Source: Candidatus Latescibacterota bacterium (lineage in GTDB: Bacteria > Latescibacterota > UBA2968 > GCA-2709665). From it: DNA of 64,000 bases. The position numbers and the translations under genes are program-made. The notes under the pieces were generated by a model, which ran no database searches, had not been told where the DNA came from, and saw nothing but the letters and a program-made list of their open reading frames with translations. Numbering within the stretch: position 1 is the stretch's first letter; each line of letters starts with the position of its first letter. Below are positions 20,150-28,662 of this stretch, piece by piece. The DNA lies in the NCBI GenBank assembly GCA_965226795.1, contig CBDDDZ010000005.1, positions 1,920,001 through 1,984,000 on the forward strand. Reading direction: 5' to 3'.

Positions 20150-21528
20150 CCGAACCAACCATTCTGGTGGTGGACGACGAACGTAACATACGGCGGTCCC
20201 TGGAGATGATCCTTTCGGCCGAAGGTTACCGGGTTGTCTGCGCGGCTTCCGGCGGGGAAGCCCTGGCCGCAATGAAATCCGAGCCGCCGCAGGTGGTGCT
20301 GCTGGATATCGTCCTGCCCGGAACCAACGGAATTGAAATCCTGAAAAGCGCCCGGCAGAGCTACCCGAACCTGGCCGTCATCATGATTTCCGGCCACGGG
20401 ACCGTCCACGACGCGGTCGTGGCGACGAAACTGGGCGCCTATGATTTCCTGGAAAAGCCCCTTTCCCGGGAAAAAGTGCTGCTCACCCTCTCCCACGCCC
20501 TCGAGAGTGTCGAACTGACCGAAGAGAATCGCAATCTGCGCCAAAAGATCGAAACACGATTCGAGATGGTGGGCAAAAGCAATGCAATCGCATCCGTACG
20601 CGAACAGATTGGAAAGGTCGCTCCAACGAACGGACGCGTCCTCATCCTGGGCGAAAGCGGTACCGGTAAAGAACTGGTTGCCAGGGACATCCACCGAAAC
20701 AGCCGGCGGTGTAAAGGCCCGTTCGTCAAGGTCAACTGTGCTGCGATTCCTGAAGAACTCATCGAAAGCGAACTGTTTGGCAGCGACCGTGGCGCGTTTA
20801 CGGGCTCGGTGAAAACCCGAGACGGGAAGTTCCTGCTTGCGGATGGCGGAACGCTATTCCTGGACGAAATAGGCGATATGAGCCTGAGCGTTCAGGCCAA
20901 GGTTTTGCGGGCCCTCGAGCAGGGGGAATTCGAGCGAGTTGGCGGGTCAAGGACTCTGAAAGTGGATGTGCGGGTGATCGCCGCAACCAACAAGAACCTT
21001 CAACAACAGGTAGAGAACGGGGCTTTCCGCGAGGACCTCTACTTCAGGCTCAATGTCGTGCCCATTACGGCCCCGCCGTTGAGGGATCGAAGAGAAGACA
21101 TACCCCTGCTCTCTGAGCATTTTCTAACGGGATATGCCGAAGAAAACGACTTCCGTCCCAAAACCCTCACGCCCGGCGCGATAGAGGCTCTGAAGAACTA
21201 CGCCTGGCCGGGCAACATCAGGGAACTCAAGAACCTGATAGAACGCCTCTCCATCATGGTCGCGGAAGATACGGTTGATGTGCATCACCTGCCCGGACTG
21301 GACGGCCCCCAGCTCGCCCAATCCAGCGAGACCCCGGGTGACAAAACCGCACTGCCCGGAGTCGAGTCCGGGAAGAGCCTCCATGAGGTCCGTGAAGCCG
21401 TGGAAAAGGCCTACATCTCAGATGCATTGAACGACAACGCCTGGAACGTCACAAGGGCCGCGAGATTGCTGGGCGTAGACCGCACGAACCTCCACAAGAA
21501 AATCAAGTACTACAATATCGAGCGCTGA
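20146..21528 (+). CDS. NtrX-like sigma54 response regulator
   Basis: Receiver domain (VVDDE, LLD, MISGHG, KP), GESGTGKE, GAFTGS and HTH. Confidence 0.9.
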   Translation: MTEPTILVVDDERNIRRSLEMILSAEGYRVVCAASGGEALAAMKSEPPQVVLLDIVLPGTNGIEILKSARQSYPNLAVIMISGHGTVHDAVVATKLGAYDFLEKPLSREKVLLTLSHALESVELTEENRNLRQKIETRFEMVGKSNAIASVREQIGKVAPTNGRVLILGESGTGKELVARDIHRNSRRCKGPFVKVNCAAIPEELIESELFGSDRGAFTGSVKTRDGKFLLADGGTLFLDEIGDMSLSVQAKVLRALEQGEFERVGGSRTLKVDVRVIAATNKNLQQQVENGAFREDLYFRLNVVPITAPPLRDRREDIPLLSEHFLTGYAEENDFRPKTLTPGAIEALKNYAWPGNIRELKNLIERLSIMVAEDTVDVHHLPGLDGPQLAQSSETPGDKTALPGVESGKSLHEVREAVEKAYISDALNDNAWNVTRAARLLGVDRTNLHKKIKYYNIER

Positions 21529-21600
21529 CAGGGCACGAGATGGTCGCGCTTCTGCACACGCCGACGTCGCGATCGGGCAGTCGGCGCCCAGAGACCGGGA

Positions 21601-22737
21601 TTGAAAGCAGCGTTCCTCATACTTCTCCCTTTTCTTGCGTGGGTATCCGATGCCGGTGCGCAGCCGGAGGACATCTCCTGGTTGGAGAAGCTCTACCGCG
21701 ACGCCCGACTCCGATACAATCGCGTGGAGGGTTCCTACCTGGGGTATCGCCTTTCCGTCAGCCACAAAGACCGGCCGCGACTCACGGTCTTCGCCGAAAG
21801 TGGATATGGCTTTGGCAATGGCTCGCCCAGGTGGGAAGCCGGCTTGAGCTACCGCGGCCCCCCAACCGGCCTGACCGTCGCTGTTTTCGACAGGACCGAT
21901 ACACACGATCGGGACATCGTCGACACCACCGAAAACAGCCTGTTCAGTGTCCTCTTCAAACGGGACCACCGCGACTACTTCCGTGCGAAAAACGGATTTG
22001 AAACGAAGGTTTCCTTCAGGGCGAGACGAACACTCTTCCTACTTGGCGGCCTGACCGCGTACCAATGCGAGCCCATGCCGGTCAGAGCCGCCTGGAGTCT
22101 GTTTTTCAGAAGCCGCCCCTTTAGAATCAACCCGCCTGCCAGACCCGGCGATGTCGGCGTGCTGCACGCCGGCGTTGTGGTCGACACACTCATCAGGGGA
22201 CCGCTGTTACGAAATGCCTGGTACGGCAGGATCCTCTACGAACGCGGCCTTCGCGATTTCGTCTTCCACGGACTCACCCTGGAGGCCAAACGCTATCAGA
22301 AGGTCAGATTCGGCAGACAGGGCCTGATTGTCCGGGCCCGCCTGAGTACCCGGGAGAGCACTGCGCCGCAGTTCCTTTTCGGCATGGGAGGCGTGGGCAC
22401 CCTGCGCGGATACGACATCAAGGAATTCCCTGCCAACCGACTGTTTTTTTTCAACTTCGAATACGCCTTCCGCGGGGACGTCCTTCCTCGAATTCCCATC
22501 AGAGGATTCCATCTGCTCAACCTCACCATTTTCGCCGACACGGGATGGTTCAGAATGGTGCCGGAATCCGCCAATCTGTTTGAAGGATTCGAAGACCTGG
22601 GCCCGACATCCTTCAGGACGAGTACAGGCCTCGGCATTGCCCTTCCCCGGCAACTCCTCCGACTGAACGTCGCCCGCCGGCTGGACAGGGCCGATGACGC
22701 CTGGACCCTTTCCGCCAGACTCAGATTCGATCTCTGA
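21601..22737 (+). CDS. Outer-membrane beta-barrel protein (Omp85-related)
   Basis: Signal peptide, RYNRVEG, GG.GTLRGY..KEF and a C-terminal aromatic motif. Confidence 0.7.
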   Translation: MKAAFLILLPFLAWVSDAGAQPEDISWLEKLYRDARLRYNRVEGSYLGYRLSVSHKDRPRLTVFAESGYGFGNGSPRWEAGLSYRGPPTGLTVAVFDRTDTHDRDIVDTTENSLFSVLFKRDHRDYFRAKNGFETKVSFRARRTLFLLGGLTAYQCEPMPVRAAWSLFFRSRPFRINPPARPGDVGVLHAGVVVDTLIRGPLLRNAWYGRILYERGLRDFVFHGLTLEAKRYQKVRFGRQGLIVRARLSTRESTAPQFLFGMGGVGTLRGYDIKEFPANRLFFFNFEYAFRGDVLPRIPIRGFHLLNLTIFADTGWFRMVPESANLFEGFEDLGPTSFRTSTGLGIALPRQLLRLNVARRLDRADDAWTLSARLRFDL

Positions 22738-22772
22738 TTCGACCCCTGCGCCGCCACCGCGCCGTAGCTGGA

Positions 22773-22806
22773 AATAAAGAAACCCCGGGGATCACTCTCC
22801 GGGGCT
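22773..22806 (-). terminator. Rho-independent terminator after ahcY (possibly bidirectional)
   Basis: Minus strand GCCCCGGAGagtgatCCCCGGGGT followed by TTCTTTATTT, between convergent genes. Confidence 0.65.
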
Positions 22807-22924
22807 TGTTCAATCGATGGAGCGGAATTGCCTTACGGCGGTCAGACGAGGGCCCGACGTGGTTCGCAGGCTCCAAGGCGCATCCAGTTCGTATGAAATC
22901 CGGTTGGAGGGCGGATCGGCCGGT

Positions 22925-24175
22925 TTACGTGCCCTCCTGCCAGGAACTGAGATACCGCTCCTGGTCGTCGGTCAGCGAATCAATCTGTATGTCCATTGCC
23001 TCCAGTTGCAGCCGGGCGACCTCCCTGTCGATCTCATCGGGCAACCGGTACACCCTGGGTTCCAGTTTATCGGCGTTCCTGATGCCGTATTCCACCCCGA
23101 GGGCCTGATCGCAGAACGACAGCGACATCACGGTGGAGGGATGTCCCTCCGCACAGGCCAAGTTCACAAGACGGCCCTCGCCGCACAGGAACAGCGAGCG
23201 ACTGCCCAGGATGTATTCGTGAAACAGAGGCCGCACTTCCTCCTTCTTTTCGGCCATCGCCTCGAGCCCGTCCACGTCGATCTCCAGATCGAAATGGCCG
23301 GCATTGGCCATGACCGTGCCGTTCTTCATGGCCTTCATATGTTCCGCGCTGATGACGTGCTTGTTACCTGTCACCGTCAGGAACAAATCGCCGATCCCGG
23401 CAGCGAGCGCCATCGGCATCACCCGGAACCCGTCCATCCGCGCCTGCAGCGCCCGAAAGGGATCCACTTCCGTTACGATAACCTCCGCTCCCAGTCCTCG
23501 CGCCCTCGATGCCACGCCCTTGCCGCAACTGCCATAGCCCACGACGACGACCGCCCTGCCGCTGATTAACAGGTTGGACGCCCGAATAACGCCGTCCAGC
23601 GCCGACTGCCCCGTCCCATAGTAATTGTCCATCAGGTGTTTGGTATCGCAATCGTTGACGGCAATGATGGGATATTTCAGTGCATTATCCTTCTCCATAG
23701 CGCGCAGGCGTATGATGCCCGTTGTGGTCTCCTCACAACCGCATACAATCTCGGGAATCTGATCCGGGTAATTCGTATGCACCTCGTTCACCAGGTCACA
23801 GCCGTCGTCGATGGTCACGTGCGGCCGGGTCTCTATTACCGCGCGAAGATAACGATAATAATCCTCCCGCGTCTCCCCCTTGTAGGCATAAACGGCGACG
23901 TCCTCGGCAGCGAGCGCCGCCGCCACGTCGTCCTGAGTGGAAAGCGGATTGCAGCCTGTAATCGACACGGTGGCGCCGCCGGCCCGCAGCGTCCGCACCA
24001 GCACCGCTGTCTCTTTGGTTACATGGAGCGCCATGCCGATCCGGTAACCCTTCAGCGGCTTTTCCTGCTCGAAGCGTTCCCGTATCTTCAGCAGGGCGCC
24101 CATCTGCTTCTCGGCCCACTGGATATTTTTGAACCCCTGTTCCGCCAGACCGATGTCCTTAACCTCGTAACCCAC
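22925..24175 (-). CDS. ahcY: Adenosylhomocysteinase
   Basis: CNPLSTQD, EETTTG, DNYYGTGQS, GYGSCGKG and GRLVNL..AEGHP; GTG start after GGAGAGGAG. Confidence 0.95.
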   Translation of the reverse strand: MGYEVKDIGLAEQGFKNIQWAEKQMGALLKIRERFEQEKPLKGYRIGMALHVTKETAVLVRTLRAGGATVSITGCNPLSTQDDVAAALAAEDVAVYAYKGETREDYYRYLRAVIETRPHVTIDDGCDLVNEVHTNYPDQIPEIVCGCEETTTGIIRLRAMEKDNALKYPIIAVNDCDTKHLMDNYYGTGQSALDGVIRASNLLISGRAVVVVGYGSCGKGVASRARGLGAEVIVTEVDPFRALQARMDGFRVMPMALAAGIGDLFLTVTGNKHVISAEHMKAMKNGTVMANAGHFDLEIDVDGLEAMAEKKEEVRPLFHEYILGSRSLFLCGEGRLVNLACAEGHPSTVMSLSFCDQALGVEYGIRNADKLEPRVYRLPDEIDREVARLQLEAMDIQIDSLTDDQERYLSSWQEGT

Positions 24176-24271
24176 GTCCGTCTCCTCTCCATCCTGAGTA
24201 TGCGCCGTTCGGCCTGTCTTCGCCAGGGAAAAACGCAATTTCGAAACCGATCGGGAACCATCCCCCGATGG

Positions 24272-25438
24272 TTACGCCAGATTCGCCGCGGCCTCCTTGA
24301 GGGCTTCCGCCCTGTCCGTTCGTTCCCATGTAAAACCATCCCCCCTCCGCCCGAAATGCCCGTAGGCGGCGGTGGCTTCATATACCGGGCGCAACAGATT
24401 CAGAGTCCGGATGATGCCAGACGGCCGCAACTCGAAATGCGCACGGACCAACGCCGCGATATCCGCATCGCTGATTTTGCCCGTACCGTACGTATCCACG
24501 ACGATGGATACCGGTTCGGCCACCCCGATGGCATAGGCCAGCTGCACCTCGCACCGGCTGGCGAGCCCGGCTTTCACCACGTTTTTTGCAACGTACCGTG
24601 CGGCATAGTGCGCGCTCCGGTCGACTTTGCTGGGATCCTTTCCGGAAAACGCCCCACCCCCGTGCCGCCCGGCGCCGCCGTAGGTATCGACAATAATCTT
24701 GCGGCCGGTCAACCCCGTGTCTCCGTGGGGGCCTCCGACCACGAAACGTCCGGTTGGGTTGATGTGGTATATCGTGTCTTTGTCGAGATAGCGCGCCGGG
24801 ATCACCTTTTTTACGACATGCTGAATCATATCGCGGGAAATGCGGCTGTGCCGCACGTTCGGGTCGTGCTGCGTCGAAATCACGACGGTATGCACGCGCA
24901 CCGGCCTGTCGTCCTCATATTCCACGGTCACCTGCGACTTGCTGTCGGGTCGCAGATAGGGAAGGATTCCCCGGCGGCGGAGCCTCGCCAGGGCCATTAC
25001 CAGCTTATGGGAAAGCATAATGGGCATCGGCATCAACTCGGGCGTCTCCCGGCAGGCGTAACCGAACATCATGCCCTGGTCGCCCGCACCCTGCTCCTGG
25101 TGCAGGCCCTCACCCTCGGTTACTCCCAGGGAGATGTCGGGTGATTGCGTATGCAGCGCAAGAAGCACGCCGCAGGAACGGTAGTCGAATCCATACTCCG
25201 AATCCGTATAGCCGATGCGCCGAATGACATCTCGCGCCAGTTCCTGAATATCCACCTGAGCCCGCGTGGTTATCTCGCCCGCTACAATCACCTGACCCGT
25301 TGTCACCATCGTCTCGCATGCGACCCGCGATTGGAGATCCTCGGTCAGCATCGCATCCAGGACGGCATCGGAAATCTGATCGCAGATCTTGTCCGGATGC
25401 CCTTCGGATACCGACTCTGAGGTAAATAAGCGCCGCAT
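24272..25438 (-). CDS. metK: S-adenosylmethionine synthetase
   Basis: [19 protein letters not shown] and [16 protein letters not shown]. Confidence 0.98.
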   Translation of the reverse strand: MRRLFTSESVSEGHPDKICDQISDAVLDAMLTEDLQSRVACETMVTTGQVIVAGEITTRAQVDIQELARDVIRRIGYTDSEYGFDYRSCGVLLALHTQSPDISLGVTEGEGLHQEQGAGDQGMMFGYACRETPELMPMPIMLSHKLVMALARLRRRGILPYLRPDSKSQVTVEYEDDRPVRVHTVVISTQHDPNVRHSRISRDMIQHVVKKVIPARYLDKDTIYHINPTGRFVVGGPHGDTGLTGRKIIVDTYGGAGRHGGGAFSGKDPSKVDRSAHYAARYVAKNVVKAGLASRCEVQLAYAIGVAEPVSIVVDTYGTGKISDADIAALVRAHFELRPSGIIRTLNLLRPVYEATAAYGHFGRRGDGFTWERTDRAEALKEAAANLA

Positions 25439-25530
25439 GAATACCTCTTTTCCTGTCGTGGATGCGGAAATGCTCCAGGCGGATATTCAGGCCGGATGCC
25501 GCGTTGCGCGGTCTGGGTGAACGATGCGTC

Positions 25531-27312
25531 TTATCTCTCGATTCCCGCCGGCTCTTTCTCCAATTCGCCCTGCGTCTTCCGCGGACCATCCAATTTGGAC
25601 AACGCGGCGTGGACGTATTCCCGAACAGCGCCCCGGGTGGGCAGAGCCAGCGCTTCGTCCGCCGTGGCCCTTGCCTCTTCCATGGAGACCGACCGAATCG
25701 CCTGTTTGATCTCGGGAACCATACGCGGGCCGATGCTGAACCCATCCACCCCCAACCCCATCAATAGCACGCAACTGTGGGGGTCGCCAGCCATCTCACC
25801 GCATACCGTGACCGGGATTTCGTGACGGTGGCCGGCGTCCACCACCGACTTGATCAAGCGCAATACGGCCGGATGAAACGGATCGTACAGGTAGGCCACC
25901 CGCTCGTTGCCGCGATCCACTGCCAGGGTATATTGAACAAGATCGTTGGTGCCAATGCTGAAAAAATCCACCTCCTGCGCCAGCTGGTCGGCCACCACTG
26001 CCGCCGACGGGACCTCGATCACCGCGCCCACCTCGCAGCCCTCGTCATACGGCACGCCGGCCCGCTTCAGTTCGGCGCGTGCCTCGGCCAGCACGGACTT
26101 GGCCTCCAGCAATTCTTCCACGCCCGATATCATCGGAAACATGAGCTTGACGTTTCCATGTGCGCTGGATCGGAGGATGGAACGCAATTGAACCCGGAAC
26201 AGGTCTCTGTTTGCCAGGGAATGCCGGATGGCGCGCCAACCCAGAAACGGATTCGTCTCTTCCGCGGAATGCGACGCCTGCGTCAGTTTGTCGCCGCCCA
26301 GGTCCAGCGTGCGCACCACCAGCGGATGAGGCGCCATCTGTAGGGCAAGCCGTGTATACGCGGCCGTCTGTTCGTCTTCACCGGGCAGACTGGAACCCGC
26401 GAGGTAAAGGTATTCGGTACGGTACAGGCCGATGCCCTCGGCCCCGTACGCCAGTGCGGAGCGTCCCTCTTCCGGCAGTTCGATGTTGCCTTGCAGCCAG
26501 ACGCGAACGCCGTCCAGGGTTTCGGCGGGTACGTCGGTGAACTTCAGCAGGCCCTTCTGAGTCTCCGCGAACCGGCGGGCCTCGGCGCGGTACCGGCCAA
26601 GCGTTTCCGGGTCGGGCCGGATACAGACCAGCCCCCGGTTCCCATCCACGATGGCCATATCGCCCGGCTCGGCCGATGCCAGGGCCGCCTCGACACCCAC
26701 AACCGCCGGAATCTCGAGCCCCCGCGCGATGATCGACGCATGCGAAGTCGCCGCGCCCGCTTCGGTGACCATGCCCAGCACACTGTCCCGCTTCAGGCGT
26801 GCCGCATTGGAGGGGGTCAACTCGTGTGCGATCACGATCGCCGGGGCGGTCATCCGTTCCAGCAACGAATCTTCCCGTCGACACAATCTGGCCAGCACCC
26901 GTTTCTCGACGTCCAGAATATCCGCCCGCCTCGCCCGTAAGTAGTCGTCCGGGATGGCGTCGAATTGCCGGCGCACGTTCTGAAGCGTCAGCCAGAATGC
27001 ATACTCGACATTCACCCGATCATCACGGATGGAAGCCAGGGTCGGCTCTCGCAGGGCCGAGTCGTCCAGAATCATTAAATGTGCGTCGAATATCTGGGCG
27101 TGCTCCGGACCCAGCTTTTCCTCGACCCGAGCCCGCGTGATCTTGAGATCTTCCGCTACGGAAGCCAGCGCATCCAGAAACCGCCGCACCTCGACCTCGA
27201 CTGCATCGCCCGCGATGCGCCGGTAGTCCACCCACGGCTCCTCCGGGTCGTGAAGATAAACCGGACCGATGGCGATGCCATTCGATGCCTGGATGCCTTT
27301 CAATACCTTCAT
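25531..27312 (-). CDS. ptsI: PTS enzyme I
   Basis: TSHASI phospho-His, GLYRTE, RTLDLGGDK, SIGTNDL and CGEMAG. Confidence 0.95.
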   Translation of the reverse strand: MKVLKGIQASNGIAIGPVYLHDPEEPWVDYRRIAGDAVEVEVRRFLDALASVAEDLKITRARVEEKLGPEHAQIFDAHLMILDDSALREPTLASIRDDRVNVEYAFWLTLQNVRRQFDAIPDDYLRARRADILDVEKRVLARLCRREDSLLERMTAPAIVIAHELTPSNAARLKRDSVLGMVTEAGAATSHASIIARGLEIPAVVGVEAALASAEPGDMAIVDGNRGLVCIRPDPETLGRYRAEARRFAETQKGLLKFTDVPAETLDGVRVWLQGNIELPEEGRSALAYGAEGIGLYRTEYLYLAGSSLPGEDEQTAAYTRLALQMAPHPLVVRTLDLGGDKLTQASHSAEETNPFLGWRAIRHSLANRDLFRVQLRSILRSSAHGNVKLMFPMISGVEELLEAKSVLAEARAELKRAGVPYDEGCEVGAVIEVPSAAVVADQLAQEVDFFSIGTNDLVQYTLAVDRGNERVAYLYDPFHPAVLRLIKSVVDAGHRHEIPVTVCGEMAGDPHSCVLLMGLGVDGFSIGPRMVPEIKQAIRSVSMEEARATADEALALPTRGAVREYVHAALSKLDGPRKTQGELEKEPAGIER

Positions 27313-27449
27313 CGGTCTGAGACCTCACACGCGAGAAACGACCGGGGTGAACGCCGCGACAGGATCGGGTGCCCGGCCGGCCGGTTGGATCGAAACGGAG
27401 CGGCAGTGCGGGCCTGGGAACGGCCGTGCCGAATCACCTGCACGACGTC

Positions 27450-27710
27450 CTAATCGAACTTGCCTTCGATCATGTGCACGATATCGTCCAGCGCTTCCAC
27501 TTCATCCGGTCCCGCCGCCCGGACGCGAATCTTCGCATCCGTCTCCGCTGCCAGCATCATGACGCCCATGATGCTCTTGCCGTTTACTTCGAGCCCGTCT
27601 TTGATCAGGGTAATCTCCGACACATACTTTGCGGCCGCCTCCACAAGAAGGGCCGACGGCCGCGCATGGATACCCAATCTGTTTTTCACCGTGGCTTCTC
27701 GTTCCGCCAT
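27450..27710 (-). CDS. ptsH: Phosphocarrier protein HPr
   Basis: GIHARPS and NGKSIMGVMML. Confidence 0.95.
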   Translation of the reverse strand: MAEREATVKNRLGIHARPSALLVEAAAKYVSEITLIKDGLEVNGKSIMGVMMLAAETDAKIRVRAAGPDEVEALDDIVHMIEGKFD

Positions 27711-27845
27711 AACCTGTTCATACCGTTATAATAGTCCATATTGGAAGCTTACAATCTATCTAAATCCGGACATCATGTCAAGCGCTGCCGAGCAAGTCCG
27801 TAACCGCCCGCTCCTCCCTAACATGCCCGCCGCCAGGGCCCAGAC

Positions 27846-27876
27846 AAAAAAACCGCCCACTACATTCCTGGCGGTT
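27846..27876 (-). terminator. Rho-independent terminator after the GGGPS gene
   Basis: AACCGCC...GGCGGTT stem followed by a T run on the minus strand. Confidence 0.65.
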
Positions 27877-27906
27877 ACCCTTTGCATTCCCCCGGCCAGC
27901 CGATCC

Positions 27907-28653
27907 CTACTCACCGTGAACGGCGCCGGCAAACTCACGGACCAGAACCGGATCCCGTTGTGCTTCCAGAATACTGCCTACCACAACAAAGTCGGCGCCG
28001 GCTGCCACTTTCGCCCCGGCATCGTGCGGTTTTCGGATGCCGCCGCCGGCAATCACCGGAATGGAGACATTTCCCGAAACCGCCGCGATCATTTCATCGG
28101 ACACCATCTGTTCGGCCCCGCTGCCCGCATCCATATAAACGCATTGCATCCCAAGGTACTGGGCGGCCAGCGCGTGCGCCGTTGCAATTTCCGGCTTGTC
28201 TCTGGGCATCGGTTTGGTATTGCTTATATATTCGGCGGTCGTCTGCCGCCCGGAGTCCACCAGCATATACCCGGTTGAAATCGTCTCCAGGCCGTATGCC
28301 CTGACGATGGGCGCCGCTTTCACCTGCTGTCCGATCAGCAGATCCGGATTTCGCCCGCTGATCATGCACAGAAACAGAATGGCATCGGCGGCCGATGAGA
28401 CCTGGTTCATATCGGGACCGGGAAAAATCAGCAGAGGAATCCCGATGGCCCTCTTGACCTCCCGGACCGCGCGGTCAAATTCGGTATAGAGCAGAAAACT
28501 GCCGCCCATCAACAGGGCGTCGGCTCCGTTTTCGGCGCACATCGTTGCCGAATGGACCACGTCCTGCTTGTCCATTCGGTCCGGGTCCAGAAGGCACAGG
28601 AATCCCGCGCCCCGCTGTCTGAGAACCGCTTTAAGGTGGTTGTACGTCGACAT
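27907..28653 (-). CDS. Geranylgeranylglyceryl/heptaprenylglyceryl phosphate synthase (GGGPS/PcrB family)
   Basis: LLDPD, MGGS, ISGRNPDLLIG, STGYMLV, YMDAGSGA, GGGIR and GADFVVVG. Confidence 0.9.
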   Translation of the reverse strand: MSTYNHLKAVLRQRGAGFLCLLDPDRMDKQDVVHSATMCAENGADALLMGGSFLLYTEFDRAVREVKRAIGIPLLIFPGPDMNQVSSAADAILFLCMISGRNPDLLIGQQVKAAPIVRAYGLETISTGYMLVDSGRQTTAEYISNTKPMPRDKPEIATAHALAAQYLGMQCVYMDAGSGAEQMVSDEMIAAVSGNVSIPVIAGGGIRKPHDAGAKVAAGADFVVVGSILEAQRDPVLVREFAGAVHGE

Positions 28654-28662
28654 GGAGGTGAC

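Noticed and set aside
23636..25144. Long antisense ORFs (this 502-aa one; also 53348-54769, 30220-31302, 12043-12981)
   Set aside because: They are shadows of well-supported opposite-strand genes in GC-rich DNA and carry no motifs.
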